A DNA stretch of 64,000 nt from Chiloscyllium plagiosum (taxonomy: Eukaryota): assembly GCF_004010195.1 (NCBI RefSeq), contig NC_057754.1:5381781-5445780 (forward strand), in the 5' to 3' direction. Position numbers and translations under genes: made by a program. Under the pieces are notes generated by a model. It did not search any database. It saw only the letters and a list, made by a program, of their open reading frames with translations, and was not told where the DNA came from. Positions within the stretch are counted from its first letter, which is position 1. The number at the start of each line of letters is the position of its first letter. Positions 36,012-49,025 of the stretch are shown in pieces.

Positions 36012-36944
36012 CCAAACACAACAACAACCAGTTTTCTTCAGTGTCTACAGATGTAGTGTAGCCGAAGAAAACAGAAAGTGTAATTGATACTCAGCAGAGA
36101 GAAAGAGAGACAGTTAAGGCTTGAATCTGGAACATTAACTCTGTTTTCTTCTGTACAGTTGCTGCCAGATCTGCTGAGTTTCTCCAGCACTTTCTGTTTT
36201 TACTGCAGATCCTCAGCACCCACTGTATGGTGCTTTTATTATACTGTGTGGCATGTGTCTGCTTAAGAGTCATTCAGTCATACAGCACAGAAACAGACCC
36301 TTTATTCCAACCGGCCCATGCCGACCATAATCCTAAACTAAACTAGTCCCACCTGGCTGCTCCTGGCCCATATCCCTCCAAACCCTTTCCTATTCATTAC
36401 CTTATCCAAATGTCTTTTAAATGTTGTAACTGTGTCCTCAGGAAGCTCATTCCACACACGAACCATCCTCTATGTACAAACTTTGCCCCTCATATCTTTT
36501 ATAAATCTCTCTCCCTCACCTTAAACATGTGCCTCCTCATCTTGAAATCCCCACCCTATGGAAAAGACGACTACCATTAACCCTCATGATTTTATAAGGT
36601 CGCCTCTCAACATCCTACTCTCCAGGGAAATAAGTCCCAGCCTACCTAGCCTTTCTTAAGAATTCAAACCTTCCATACCTGGCAACATCCTAGTAAATCC
36701 CTTCTGAACCATCGCCAGCTTAATAGACTCCTTCCTAAAACAGGTCGACCAGGATTGGACACAGTACTACAGAAGAGGCCTCACCAATGTCCTGTACAAC
36801 CTCCACATGACGTCCCAACTCAAAGGATTAAGCAATGAAGGCAAGTGCGCTAAATGCCTTTTTAAACACCCTGCGACGCAAGCTTCAAAGAATTATTGAC
36901 CTGAACCCGCCTCGGTCCTGCTGTTCTACAACACTACTCAGGGC

Positions 36945-37092
36945 AAAAGTGAGGCCTGCAGATGCCGGAGATCAGAGTTGAGAGTGTGGTGCTGGAAAAT
37001 CACGGCTGGTCAGGCAGCATCCGAGGAGCAGGAGAATCGGCGTTTCAGGCAAAAGCCCTTCATTCCTGATGAGGGACTTTTGCCCAAAACGT
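36945..37092. mobile_element. Degenerate hammerhead element inserted in a CR1 fragment
   Basis: Family arm plus attcctgatgagggacttttgcccaaaacgtc. Degenerate duplicated flank caacact. Confidence 0.6.
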
Positions 37093-38972
37093 CAACACTG
37101 CCCATGGCCCTACCATTAGTTATGTAAGCCCTACCCTTATGTGTTGTACCAAAATGCAATACCTCGCATTTATCCAGATTGAACTCCATTTTTCGTCCCA
37201 TTGACCCATTTGATCAAAATCCCTTTGTAATCTTAGAAAACCATCTTCACTGACTACTATGCCACCAATTTTGGTGTTGTCTGCAAACTTACTAACTACA
37301 CCTTCTTGCCACAACTCACTCAATAATGCATTGACATACAGTAGCTCTCAGATGCACCAGATCACTAAGGTAGTAGCACAGATTTCTCAAAGCTTAAAAA
37401 AGAAATCCTCAAACGTCGTGCCAAAGATGGTCTCAATCCAGATTTCATAACTTTTCATTTATTTTCTCTGAAATGTCAGTGGTTGAGGGGGTGACCTTAT
37501 AGAGGTTTATAAAATCATGAGGGGACATGGATAGGGTGAATAGACAAGGTCCTTCACCCCAGGCTGGGGGACTCCAGAATTAGAGGGCATAGGTTTAGGG
37601 TGAGAAGGGAAAGATTTAAAAGGGACCTAAGGGGCAACTTTTTCACGCAGGGGGTGGTGCGTGTATGGAATGAGCTGCCAGAGGAAGTGGTGGAGGCTGG
37701 TACAATGACAACATTTAAAAGGCATCTGGATGGGTACCTGAGTAGGAAGGGTTTAGAGGGATATGGGCCAAATGCTGGCAAATGGGACTAGATAAATGTA
37801 GAATATCTGGTTGGAATAGACGAGTTGGACTGAAGGGTCTGTTTCCGTGCTATACATCTCTATGACTCTATTGTGCATCTCCAATGATTCCATTGTTAAA
37901 ATGGCATGTTGGCTCAGTGGTCAGCACTGCTGCCTCACAGCACCAGGGTCCCAGGTTCGATTCCAACCTCGGGTGACTGTGTGGAGTTTGCACTTTCTCC
38001 CCATGTCTGTGTGAGTTTCCTCCCACAGTCCAAAAATGTGCAGGTTAGGATGGATTGCCCATAGTGTTGGGTACATTAGACAGAGGGAAATGGGTCTGGG
38101 TAGGTTACTCTTCAGAGGGTTGGTGTGGACTTGTTGGGCTGAAGGGCCTGTTTCTACCCACATTAGGGAATCTAATGTAAATTGAACAGCACTGAACTGG
38201 GATCAGCCTTGGGTCCGTGCTAAATAACCTTGGCAGGGAGGCTAGTACACTTGGCCTTAGTGCCTTGGGTCTAGGAAGCCATAATGTGTAAAAATATCCT
38301 CCTTTTGTGAGGTGAAGATCTATCATTTATTGCCCATGGTCTTGGCAGAGGTGATCTATTCAGCTAACTGGAGACAGACATGCACTGCCTCTTCCAGTCA
38401 AAGCCCAATGAATCGAACATTAATTAGATTGTTCATTGAGGCCTGGCAGTGCCCAACCACTCACCAATGGCTGCTACCAGAATGATGCTCAGGAGAATTG
38501 TTTCTGGCGTGACCAAGTGGGCAAGACTGTCACCAGTCACCACCTTCCTCCTCCACCCTATGTCCGATCTCTCAATCAGGTACTGATCGCCAATGATTGA
38601 AGGACTCCCTCCCCTCTCCCCAGCCAATAGGCAGCCCATACTGTTCTACCTGGGCATGGTGACTTCCCCAATGCAACTGGGTAACCAACAGCGGATAAGC
38701 TTTGAGCGGGCCCAAACCTAATACTGGCACAGACGGGAAAGGGGTCAAAGTTCGGGTGTGACATTACACCATCTGTTTATGTGCCTTCCCACTTTGAAAG
38801 CTCCCACCTCTGGAAGCACAAGATTCCGTCCTGTGTGACATTGTTAAACAAGAGGGGGGAGATGACAGCCAAGCAATATTATTGCTGGAGGTTAACCCAG
38901 ATACATGTTCTGGGGACCCAGTTCAAATCCCGCCACGGCAGATGGTGGAATTTGAATTCAATGTTTTTAAAA

Positions 38973-39270
38973 ATTAGATTACTTACAGTGTGGAAACAGG
39001 CCCTTCGGCCCAACAAGTCCACACCGGCCCGCCGAAGAGCAACCCGCCCAGACCCATTCCCCTACACCTAACACTACGGGCAATTTAGCATGGCCAATTC
39101 ACCTGACCTGCACATTTTTGGATTGTGGGAGGAAACTGGAGCACCCGGAGGAAACCCCATGCAGACACGGGGAGAACGTGCAAACTCCACACAGACAGTC
39201 GCCTGAGGCGGGAATCAAACCCAGGTCTGTAGCGCTGTGAGGCAGCAGTGCTAACCACTGTGCCACCGTG
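38973..39270 (-). mobile_element. HE1/V-SINE-like tRNA-derived SINE, near full length
   Basis: Reverse complement has A box tggcacagtggttag, B box ggtttgattcc, core gtgtggagtttgcacgttctcc and a CR1-like tail ending taatctaat. Many other copies, e.g. 2681-2888(-), 6934-7198, 10087-10405, 22458-22727, 29737-30055(-), 32188-32510(-), 33293-33570(-), 37903-38175, 40012-40347(-), 49843-50170 and 60338-60620(-). Confidence 0.85.
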
Positions 39271-41172
39271 GTTTTTGCAAGTTTTTAAAAGCTGGTATTA
39301 CAAGTCTAATGAGGACCATGAATCCATTATCGATTGCCGGAAAACCCTATCTGGTTCACTAATGTCCTTTAGGGGAGGGAACCGCTGTCCTTACCTGGTG
39401 AGGGCCAACACGTGACTCCAGACCCACAGCGATGGGGTTGACTCTCGGGCAATCAGAGATGGGCAATAAATACTGGGCCTAGCCAGCAACACCCTCATCC
39501 AGTGAATGAATTAATAATGTGGCAATTACGTTGATGAATGTATCATTTAAATGGCCAACTGGAACCTTTAATGAAAGAATTCCCGGGAACGTAACGTGTA
39601 TCGGCTCCAGCCCTGAAGCTTATAACTTGTCAGTGGAATTTATCAATGCTGGCCCAGCTGAAATTCCATTTATTAAGGATGCTGATTTTGTTTATGAGTA
39701 GAACCAGTTTTCTTCTGTACTAATCAAACTGCACCATGTTAAATATCCTTTGCAAAGGTTTTAACAATAAAAATTACACTCTGAAATGCTCTCTGACATT
39801 CAAGTCATGTACAATTCTACCCTTGCGGTTATGCAAGCAAACGCGTGAAGAAACTTGAATCATGAAATCAATATGGAGAACGGTTGCAATCCTGTGACAG
39901 ATTTTATGACAGCAATCAGACAGCTCCTGCACACATGAACGACAGAGCGCTGAAGTGGGTCAGCAATCTGACACCTCACCAGTATCATGGACATCAAGCT
40001 GACATTACTCATAAAATCCCCATGGTGTGGAAACAGGCCATTCAGCCAATCGAGTCCACACCAATCTTCCAAAGAGAATCCCATCTAGATTCCCCGATAA
40101 CCCCACATTTCCCATGGCTAAACCACCTAGACTGCACATCCCTGGACACTATAGTTAAGTTCTCATGGCTAATCCGCCCTAACCTGTGCACCTTTGGACT
40201 GTGCAAGGAAACCAGAGCATCCGGAGGAAACCCCATGCAGACACGGGGAGAACGTATCAGCTCCACAGAAACGGTCACCTGAGGAATCGAACCCGGGTAC
40301 CTGATGCTGTAAGGCAGCAGTGCTAACCACTGAGCCACCAGGCCGCCCTACAAGTGAGGAGACTATCAATGACCAAAATTGGCGTGTTGCCGACTGCGTT
40401 ATTTTGGATGTTGGATGAGAAACTGTTTGGGAGTGCTTGAAATCAGGAAGCCACCCAATAGTAGAGGAAAGAGGGACTATAGCTGCACGTTGTTGCAGAC
40501 TTGGGCGATGAGATAGTCAGGATCTGTGTGTGGCTTGTTTTGACTCTTGTTTTCTTGAGACTGTCATAATAAATAAGGTGAGATGAAAAGGGCAGGAAGG
40601 GTTTTGACTGGAGGCCATGCATGACTGCCTGTCCATGGCTGTTTCAGATGAGGTCCTGACCTGGACAACTGACATGGCAATACACCTCCCCTCAAACTTG
40701 TACTGCTAATTAATCACCTTCTGCCAAGCAGTCAGTCATTGGCCATCCATACTTAAATCTCAATGCAGAGACAGGGAAAGCAGACCGCTCCCCATCGGAA
40801 CATTCCATGCCTCGGGCGACTGTCTACATGGAGTTTGCACCTTCTCCCCATGGGTCTCCTCAGGGTGCTCCGGCTAGCCAGCACATCTCTAGACACTGTG
40901 AGAAATTTAGCATGGCTCAACCTGCAGGTCTTTGGACTATGGGAGGAAACCCACATGGACACCGGGAGAACATGCAAACTCCACACAGATGGTCACCCAA
41001 GACTGGAATTGAACCCAGGTCCCTAGTGCTGTGAGGCAGCAGTGCTAACCACTGAGCCACCATGCATGCTCCTGACTGCAACCTAAGTGGAGTTTTGATA
41101 TGGGCTGGGAACCTACAAATACTGGACAGAGGAGTAGAGAAGATAGGGTAATTTAAGGAGTAATCATTTTAA

Positions 41173-41590
41173 ACTTCAAAATTGAATTTTATTCATAAAA
41201 ATATTCATACATAGTCACGGAAGCAGTTCAATTCTGAATATGAAAAAAAGCAAACATTGGAGTGTGACTCTATCCAATAAACAAAACCAAAGGCATTTCA
41301 TACCTGTACCAAGATTATGCTGACATATGTTTGAGGCACTAGGAGGGTCCAATAACTGAGTAGACCCCCATTTACCTTCAGCAGGAAGACCTCAGACAGT
41401 GCTCTTTCCCCACTGCATCTTGGCAGCAGCTGCCCCAAGCTTTAGTACATCCCTCCAGTGCGTAGTCCTGGATCTTGGAATGTGCCAGTCTGCAACACTT
41501 GGTCAGGGTCACCTCCTCACTCTGGAAGACCCGACAGGTTTCGGGCAGACCAAAGGGCACCTTTCACCGAGCTGATGGTACTCCAGTCAC
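41173..41590 (-). mobile_element. L1/Tx1-like LINE 3' end
   Basis: CCRLAHSKIQDYAL...WG C-terminal motif followed by an A-rich tail on the minus strand. Confidence 0.5.
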
Positions 41591-42772
41591 GTCTTGCGAC
41601 GGCTTGATTAAAATTGATTCATTAAAATTGGTTCATTAAAAAGGAACCAACAGCAACAACCACAAAGCCAGGAATAAAAGCACAGCAACTGAAATAAACA
41701 GGGCGCATAAACTGGCCAAAGTACGCTGGGAATACCTCGGTCTAAGACGTACAAACACACTGGGACAATTCTGCCTGGAGACAGGCCCTTACAAGACTCA
41801 TGCCCAGCCAATTAGAGTCATAGGGATGTACAGCACGGCAACAGATCCTTTGGTCCAACTCATCCACGCCAACCAGATATCCTAAATAAATCTAGTCCCA
41901 TTTGCCAGTATTTAGCTCATATCTCTCTAAACCCTTCCTATTCATATAACCATCCAGATGCCTTTTAAATGCTGTAATTGTACCAACCTCCACCACATCC
42001 TCCGGCAGCTCATTTCAAACACGCACCATCCTCTGTGTGAAAAAGCTGCCCCTTAGGTCCCTTTTAAATCTTTCCTCTCTCACCTTAAACCCATCCCTCT
42101 AGTTCTGGACTCCCCCACACCAGGGAAAAGACCTTGTCTATTTACCCTATCCATGCCCCCTCATGATTTTATAAACCTCTATCAGGTCATCCCTCAGTCT
42201 CTGACGCTCCAGGGAAAACAGCCCCAGCCTGTTCAGCCTCTCCCTACATCTCAAACCGTCCAATCCCAGCAAAACCCTTGTCAATCTTTTCTGAAACCTT
42301 TCAAGTTTCATGACAGTCTTCCTAAAGCAGGGAGACCAGAACTGAACACAGTATTCCAAAAGTGGCTGCAACATGACCTCCCAACTCATATACCCAATGC
42401 ACTGGCCAATAATGGCATGCATACCAAATGCCTTCTTCAAAAACCAGAAATGCGCCAGTACACAATAGCAAAAGGGCAGTTTGACACTTCCTCATAATCA
42501 AAACAACCCAAGGTATATGGGGCACAGGCACCTCAGTAAAACAAAAGAGCAAGGGTATATTCTGGGCCCAAAGCAGACACATCAAAGGGCTCAATGTTAG
42601 CAGGCCATTGAAAACTATGAACATCATTTACCCCTGACTGGTTAAATCCTTGTAAAATTCAAGATGGCAGCCAGGAAGATGTCAGACCCCAACCCTGGCA
42701 GGGCCTGACCTTACCCTCACCGTGCGGCCGATCTAGAGGTATGTCCAGACACAGCAGCTCGCTCTTCAACTG

Positions 42773-42921
42773 GATAGACAGACAGACAGATAGATAGATA
42801 GATATTGACAGATTGATAGATTGATTGATGGATAGATAAATAAAAAAAATAGATAGATAGAAAAGTCGATAAATAGATATTGACTGATAGATAGAAAGAT
42901 AGATAGATAGACAGAGAGAGA
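42773..42921 (+). repeat. (GATA)n/(GACA)n microsatellite, continuing at 44109-44230 after the insertion
   Basis: Direct inspection. Confidence 0.85.
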
Positions 42922-42976
42922 GGATTAGTGGTACTGGAAGAGCACAGCAGTTCAGGCAGCATCCGAGGACCAGGAA

Positions 42977-43012
42977 AATCGACGTTTCGGGCAAAAGCCC
43001 TTCATCAGGAAT
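42977..43012 (-). ncRNA. Minimal hammerhead ribozyme motif, intact
   Basis: Reverse complement reads attc-CTGATGA-a-GGGC-tttt-GCCC-GAAA-c-GTC-gatt. Confidence 0.75.
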
Positions 43013-43104
43013 ACAGGCAGAGAGCCTGAAGGGTGGAAAGATAAGCGAGAGATTTTCCTGCTCCTCGGATGCTGCCTGAACTGCTGTGCTTTTCCAGCAC
43101 CACT

Positions 43105-43801
43105 NNNNNNNNNNNNNNNNNNNNNNNNNNNNNNNNNNNNNNNNNNNNNNNNNNNNNNNNNNNNNNNNNNNNNNNNNNNNNNNNNNNNNNNNNNNNNNNN
43201 NNNNNNNNNNNNNNNNNNNNNNNNNNNNNNNNNNNNNNNNNNNNNNNNNNNNNNNNNNNNNNNNNNNNNNNNNNNNNNNNNNNNNNNNNNNNNNNNNNNN
43301 NNNNNNNNNNNNNNNNNNNNNNNNNNNNNNNNNNNNNNNNNNNNNNNNNNNNNNNNNNNNNNNNNNNNNNNNNNNNNNNNNNNNNNNNNNNNNNNNNNNN
43401 NNNNNNNNNNNNNNNNNNNNNNNNNNNNNNNNNNNNNNNNNNNNNNNNNNNNNNNNNNNNNNNNNNNNNNNNNNNNNNNNNNNNNNNNNNNNNNNNNNNN
43501 NNNNNNNNNNNNNNNNNNNNNNNNNNNNNNNNNNNNNNNNNNNNNNNNNNNNNNNNNNNNNNNNNNNNNNNNNNNNNNNNNNNNNNNNNNNNNNNNNNNN
43601 NNNNNNNNNNNNNNNNNNNNNNNNNNNNNNNNNNNNNNNNNNNNNNNNNNNNNNNNNNNNNNNNNNNNNNNNNNNNNNNNNNNNNNNNNNNNNNNNNNNN
43701 NNNNNNNNNNNNNNNNNNNNNNNNNNNNNNNNNNNNNNNNNNNNNNNNNNNNNNNNNNNNNNNNNNNNNNNNNNNNNNNNNNNNNNNNNNNNNNNNNNNN
43801 N
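43105..43801. other. Assembly gap (697 N)
   Basis: Run of N. Confidence 1.
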
Positions 43802-43976
43802 CCATGACTTGTCCTATCTGCCTATCTTCTTTTCCACCTATCCACTCCACCCTCCTCCCGCCCCCGATCTATCACCTTCATCCCCTCCCCTACTCACCTA
43901 TTGTACTCTATGCTACTTTCTCCCCACCCCCACCCTCCTCTCACTTATCTCTCCACACTTCAGGCTCTCTGCCTGT

Positions 43977-44012
43977 ATTCCTGATGAAGGGCTTTTGCCC
44001 GAAACGTCGATT
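43977..44012 (+). ncRNA. Minimal type-I hammerhead ribozyme motif (Penelope-type), core intact
   Basis: attc-CTGATGA-a-GGGC-tttt-GCCC-GAAA-c-GTC-gatt. Predicted cleavage after C44008. Palindromic ACGT helix III. Confidence 0.75.
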
Positions 44013-46100
44013 TTACTGCTCCTCGGATGCTGCCTGAACTGCTGTGCTCTTCCAGCACCACTAATCCACTGCTGTGCTCTTCCAGCATCTGCAGTCATTG
44101 TTATTACCTAGACAGAGAGAGAAAGAGAGAGAGATAAAGAGGTAGAGATAGAGAGATAGATAGTTACAGATAGATAAAGATAGAGATTATGAGAGACAGA
44201 GGGAATGAACCAGCAAAGAGAGAGAGTGAGAGCAAGTGAAACAACAGAACGGATGCCATTTTCTGTCACTAAGCCACCCTTTATTTACATGTGCAAAGTA
44301 CATGCACTCTGACCGGCCAGCTCAGAGCCAGTCCCTAGAGTGAGGACACTGTCTGAGACTCCTGTTTATATCCCAGGGCTCCCTCATTCTAATCCCTACA
44401 GAAAGGAACGGGCCAAAGAATTCAACTAAATGGCGAAAGCTACACATTTTGGGAAGTATTTAAGTTTCTAAAGAATCGAGTAATTACAAGTAGAGCTGTT
44501 AAAGTTAAAATTGTCAAATTTGGTCCTTACCTTTGTTGTTGTCGAATAAAATTGCAACCTGACTGCTCGTGTGCATAGTCCTTTCCCTGAGAGACAGAGA
44601 GGCACCTGAGTAAATTCATCTCCTGGTCGAGTGAGTCCACACGGTCCTGGGGATACCCTGAAGCTAACAACAACAGACACATAAATCTCTACGCTTTTCC
44701 AAATCTGCACAGTTTGAAAAATCGGGAAAATGCTCTTGGTGATTTATCTTTCCCAGATCCAAAGAATGAACCGCCTTTCTCTATGTTGAACTTCTCCTAT
44801 TGTTTTGCAGTCACTTAATCTGCCAATGACCCCTTGGGTTGGCCCAGCAGTTATTGTTCGTTCCTCGTTGTTTTTGAGGAGCTGGACGTCAGCTGCCTCT
44901 TGAACCACTGTTGTGCTTGGGCCATAGATATATCCAAAACCAATATGCTGTCAGGAAGGGAACTCCAGGACTTTGACCCCATTGATAGCGGAGGAATGGT
45001 AATACAGTATCAAGTCAGGCTGGTATGTGGCTTGGAGTGGAACCTTGTAGGTGTTGGGGTGCACATGCGTTAGCTGTCTTTGTTCCACCGAGGTCATGTG
45101 TTTGAAACTCGCTGTCAAAGAAACCTCATTAAGGTCAACTGAACTGCATCTTGTAAATGGCCCACACAGCAGTAAATGCTCACTGGTGATGAAGAAAATT
45201 AGGGGGAAGAGGGTATTGAGATGGATAGAGTCATACAGCATGGACACAGGGCCTTCAGTCCAACCAGTCCATGCCGACCATAATCAGAAAATAAACTAGT
45301 CCCGCCTGCCTGCTCCTGGCCCATATCCCTCCAAACCCTTTCCTGTTCATGTCCTTATCCAAATGTCTTTTAAATGGTATAACTGTACCCACAATCCACC
45401 ACTTCCTCAGGAAGTTCAGTCCAGACATGACAGGCTCTCTGTGTAAAAAAAAAACTGACCCCCGTGTCTTTTTTAAATCTCTCTCTTCTCACCTTAGAAA
45501 TGTGCCCCCTAATTTTGAAATCCACCCCCCCCCCCCCCCCCCCCAGGAAAAGACACCTACCATTCAGCCCATCTATGCCCCTCATGATTTTATAAACATC
45601 CATAAGGTCACTCCCTCAACCTCATACATTCCAGTGAAAAAAGTCCCAGGCCTATCCACCCTCTCTTTATAACCCAAACCCTCCATTCCCAGCAATGTCC
45701 CGACAAATCTCTTCTGAACCCTCTCTAGATTAATAATATCCTTCCTATAACAGGGCAACCAGAACTGGACACAGTACTCCCGAAGAGGTCTCACTAACAT
45801 CCTGTACAACATCAACGTGACGTCGCAACCCCTACACTCGAAGGTCTGAGCAATAAAGGCGAGCGTGCATTTCCATAGCTGCATTTCCCCTACAGCTTCT
45901 TAGTTGCAATCTGTTGTAATAGTTGATTGATTTGACTTATTACTGCCACATGTGCCAAGATACAGAGAAAAATACTGATTTGCATGCTATTCAGACAAAT
46001 CATACCTGGCATAGGTACATCAGGGTGATAGACCCCTCAACCTCCTACCCTTCAGTGAAAAAAAATCCCAGCCTATCCAGCCTCTAGTTATATCTGTTAT

Positions 46101-46255
46101 GAGGCGAAAGTGGGTACTGCAGATGCTGGAGATCAGAGTCAAGATTAGAGTGGTGCTGGAAAAGCACAGCAGGTCAGGCAGCATCCGGAGAGCAGGAAAA
46201 TCGACAAACGTCGATGCTGTCTGACCTGCTGTGCTTCTCCAGCACCACTTTAATC
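46101..46255. mobile_element. Palindromic element of the same family with the hammerhead cores deleted, 13-bp TSD
   Basis: Inverted arms. TSD ttatatctgttat at 46088-46100 and 46256-46268. Confidence 0.72.
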
Positions 46256-46559
46256 TTATATCTGTTATATCTACTTATATAAAGGTGTGCAGGTTAGGGT
46301 GGGTTGGCCATGCTAAATTGCCCATAGTATTCAGCGATGTGTAGGTTAGGGTGGGTTGGCCATGCTAAATTGCCCATAGGGTTCAGGGATGTGTAGGTTA
46401 GGTGCATTAGTCAGGGGTAAATGTAGGATAGGGGAATGGGTCTGGGTGGGTTACTCTTCGGAGGGTCAGTGTGGACTTGTTGGGTCGAAGGGCCTGTTTC
46501 CACACTGTAGGGATTCTATGATCTCAAATGCTCCAGTCCCGGCAACATTCTATTCTAGA

Positions 46560-47860
46560 CAAACAGGGGTTATCATGTCATCAGTGCTTCAGGAGGCTGG
46601 TCACAGCCCACATCAACTCCAGTCTCCCAGCCTGCCCCGAGCCCCTGCAATTTGCCCACCGACATAACAGGTCTGCAGTGGACACCATTCCCCCAGCCCG
46701 GCACTCATCCCTGGAACATCCAGACAACGAGGACACCTACGTCAGACTCCTGCTCATCCACCACAGCTCCACCTTCAACACCATCATCCCTTCCAGACTG
46801 ATCTGAGAACTCTGAGACCTAGGTCTTAGCTCCACTGTCTGCAACTGGATCCTCAGCTACCTGACCCAGAGACCGCAAACAGTGACGATAGACCACAGCA
46901 CCTCCTTTACAATCACCCTCAACACTGGGGACCCCCACGGATGCATTCTTTGCCCCCTACTGTATTCCCTGTACACCCATGACTGTGTTGCCAAACTCCA
47001 AACGAATGCTGTCTACAGGTTTGTTGACGATACCATCGTGGTAGGATGGATATCAAACAATGATGAGTTAGAATACAGAGACAGTGGGTTTGGTGTCGTG
47101 ATGCCATGATAACAATCCCTCTCTCAATTGAGACTAAAGAACCAATCAGAAAGAAGGGAGGAGAATGTGCCTCCATCTACATCAGTGGTGCTGAGGTTGA
47201 CAGGGTGAAAAGCATCAAGTTCCTCGGAGTGATGATAACTGACAATCTGTCCCGGACTTCCCAAGTAGATGCGACGGTGAAGAAGGCACAACCTTCCTCA
47301 GGCGGCTCAGGAGATTTGGCGTGTCCATAACGACTCTCACCAACTTTTACAAACGCTCCACTGAAAGTACACTGTCCAGATGCATCACGGCTTGATATAG
47401 CAACTGCTCTGCCCAGGACTGGAAGAAACTACTGAAGGTGGTGTGCACATCCCAGACCATCATGGAAGGCAACCTTCTATCCATGGCTCCACTTACACTT
47501 CTTGTTGCTGTGGAAAGGCTGCCAACACCATCAAAGACTCCTCCAACCGGCAATGCTCTCCTACAACCTCTTCCATGAGGCAGAAGTTTGAATACACACA
47601 CACCAACAGGTTCAAGAACAGCTTCTTCCCTGCCTTTATGAGACGGATGACTGGACCTCTCTCATTTCAAATAATGCTGGTCTTGCTAATGTTGATCTTG
47701 CCTAGCACATGCCCTTTGCGATGTAACTTATATGCCTCTGGCTAGTGCTTTTTCACTCGATGATCTGTATGTCCTTGCTTACTATGATCTGCCGATACTG
47801 CTTGCAGACAAAGCTTTTCACTGCACTTAGGTACATGTGATCAATCGAATCAAATCAAAG
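46560..47860 (+). mobile_element. Rex1/Babar-type LINE fragment (RT to 3' tail)
   Basis: [55 protein letters not shown] motifs and an (ATCAA)n tail. Related pieces at about 7755-8260(-), 18850-19198, 26960-28000 and 52460-52685. Confidence 0.8.
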
Positions 47861-47890
47861 TAAGGATGCAGAGAAGGTAGTTTTATATAG

Positions 47891-48206
47891 AAGGGACTGT
47901 TTAATGAAACTTCCCAAATGCTAGTGACTAATATAACATTGAGCAATAATTCACCCAAACCCCCACCAACCACAACTCCATGGCCTTCGTTTCATAGTAT
48001 CTAGGTTTGTTAAACCAGGATGATTAAGTTAGCGAGATTAAGCAAGTTCTGTTATCACCAGCTTAATCATTACTTACATTTATGGATTAATGATCAGTTC
48101 AACCCAACAAGCATTATGTCTCTGTTACAGCCTCTCCGTCAGTGTCATGAGCTCTCCCTCAGCCACAATCCTTCTCCTTCAGTGCTGCCATCTCTGAGCT
48201 GCAGCC
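47891..48206 (+). promoter_or_regulatory. Gene B proximal promoter/5'UTR block with HNF1-like sites (48062-48074, 48086-48098)
   Basis: Homologous to 1643-1951. Sites CTTAATCATTACT and ATTAATGATCAGT. Confidence 0.6.
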
Positions 48207-48608
48207 ATGGGCTTCAATGATATCCTGGAGGATGTCGGAAGTATGGGCAAGTTCCAAATCATCCACATTTTGTTGCTGACATCCCCATCTCTGCTCCTGA
48301 CCATGCACAACCTGCTTCAGAACTTCCTGGCCGCTGTTCCTGATCATCACTGCAGGATCCCTTTGGAAGTGAATGACTCGAGGTACGCCAATGTCACGGG
48401 GAGGCTGCAGACGGAGGAACTTCTCCGGGTTTTCATCCCTCTGGACCAGGACCAACAGCCGGAGAAATGCCTGATGTACTCCTCACCTCAATGGCACCTT
48501 CTGGATCTCAACGGGACGCACGCAAACGTGACTGAGTACCACACGCAGAAGTGCACTGACGGGTGGACCTATGACAACTCTAAGTTCAAAGCCTCGACGG
48601 TTACAGAG
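48207..48608 (+). CDS. SLC22A6-like: Tandem paralog gene B exon 1 (MGFNDILEDVG...KASTVTE)
   Basis: 402 nt, colinear with gene A exon 1 (offset 46255), Kozak gcagccATGG, donor GAG|gtaacg. Confidence 0.93.
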
Positions 48609-48989
48609 GTAACGCCTGAGAATTTCTGTCTATTAAAGGTTCCAGTGACATTTATTGTGAAATGGAAGGAAAGTGAATAAATGGATGCGTGTCCCCCAAA
48701 ATAACCTCACACCTGTGAGGTGTTTATAAGTAAAACACCCATGCATATGTGCACATCAACCCAGTGTCCTCAAAATTTCCCAAAGGGTAAAGGTGTGGCA
48801 TTAAGGTATAACGGTTCTACGCTCCTCTTCATGCCTAATCCGCTAATTCCAATGGGTCAAAGCAAAGGCATCTGAACAACCCTGTTACTGTCAGCCAAGG
48901 GCTCAGCTCATAGCATCATTGAGCATGGAAATAGACTCTCAGTCCGAGTGGACCCCATTTACCTCTCCACCCCTGAGGATCCCAGCCTC

Positions 48990-49025
48990 ATTCCTGACGA
49001 AGGGCTCTGGCCCGAAACATCGATT
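48990..49025 (+). ncRNA. Minimal hammerhead ribozyme motif (N7=C, AUC triplet)
   Basis: attc-CTGACGA-a-GGGC-tctg-GCCC-GAAA-c-ATC-gatt. Confidence 0.62.

Larger units (their letters stand above)
42922..44108. mobile_element. Longer Penelope-like insertion spanning the assembly gap, inverted terminal copies, inserted in a (GATA)n/(GA)n tract
   Basis: Intact hammerheads on both strands. TSD tagacagagagaga at 42908-42921 and 44109-44122. Pyrimidine-rich segment 43802-43976 lies upstream of the + hammerhead. Confidence 0.7.

Noticed and set aside
43005..44111. ORFs of 281-341 aa
   Set aside because: Artefacts of translating through the 697-N gap.
44264..44400. Solo LTR (TG...CA ends)
   Set aside because: No clear target-site duplication and no second copy in the window.
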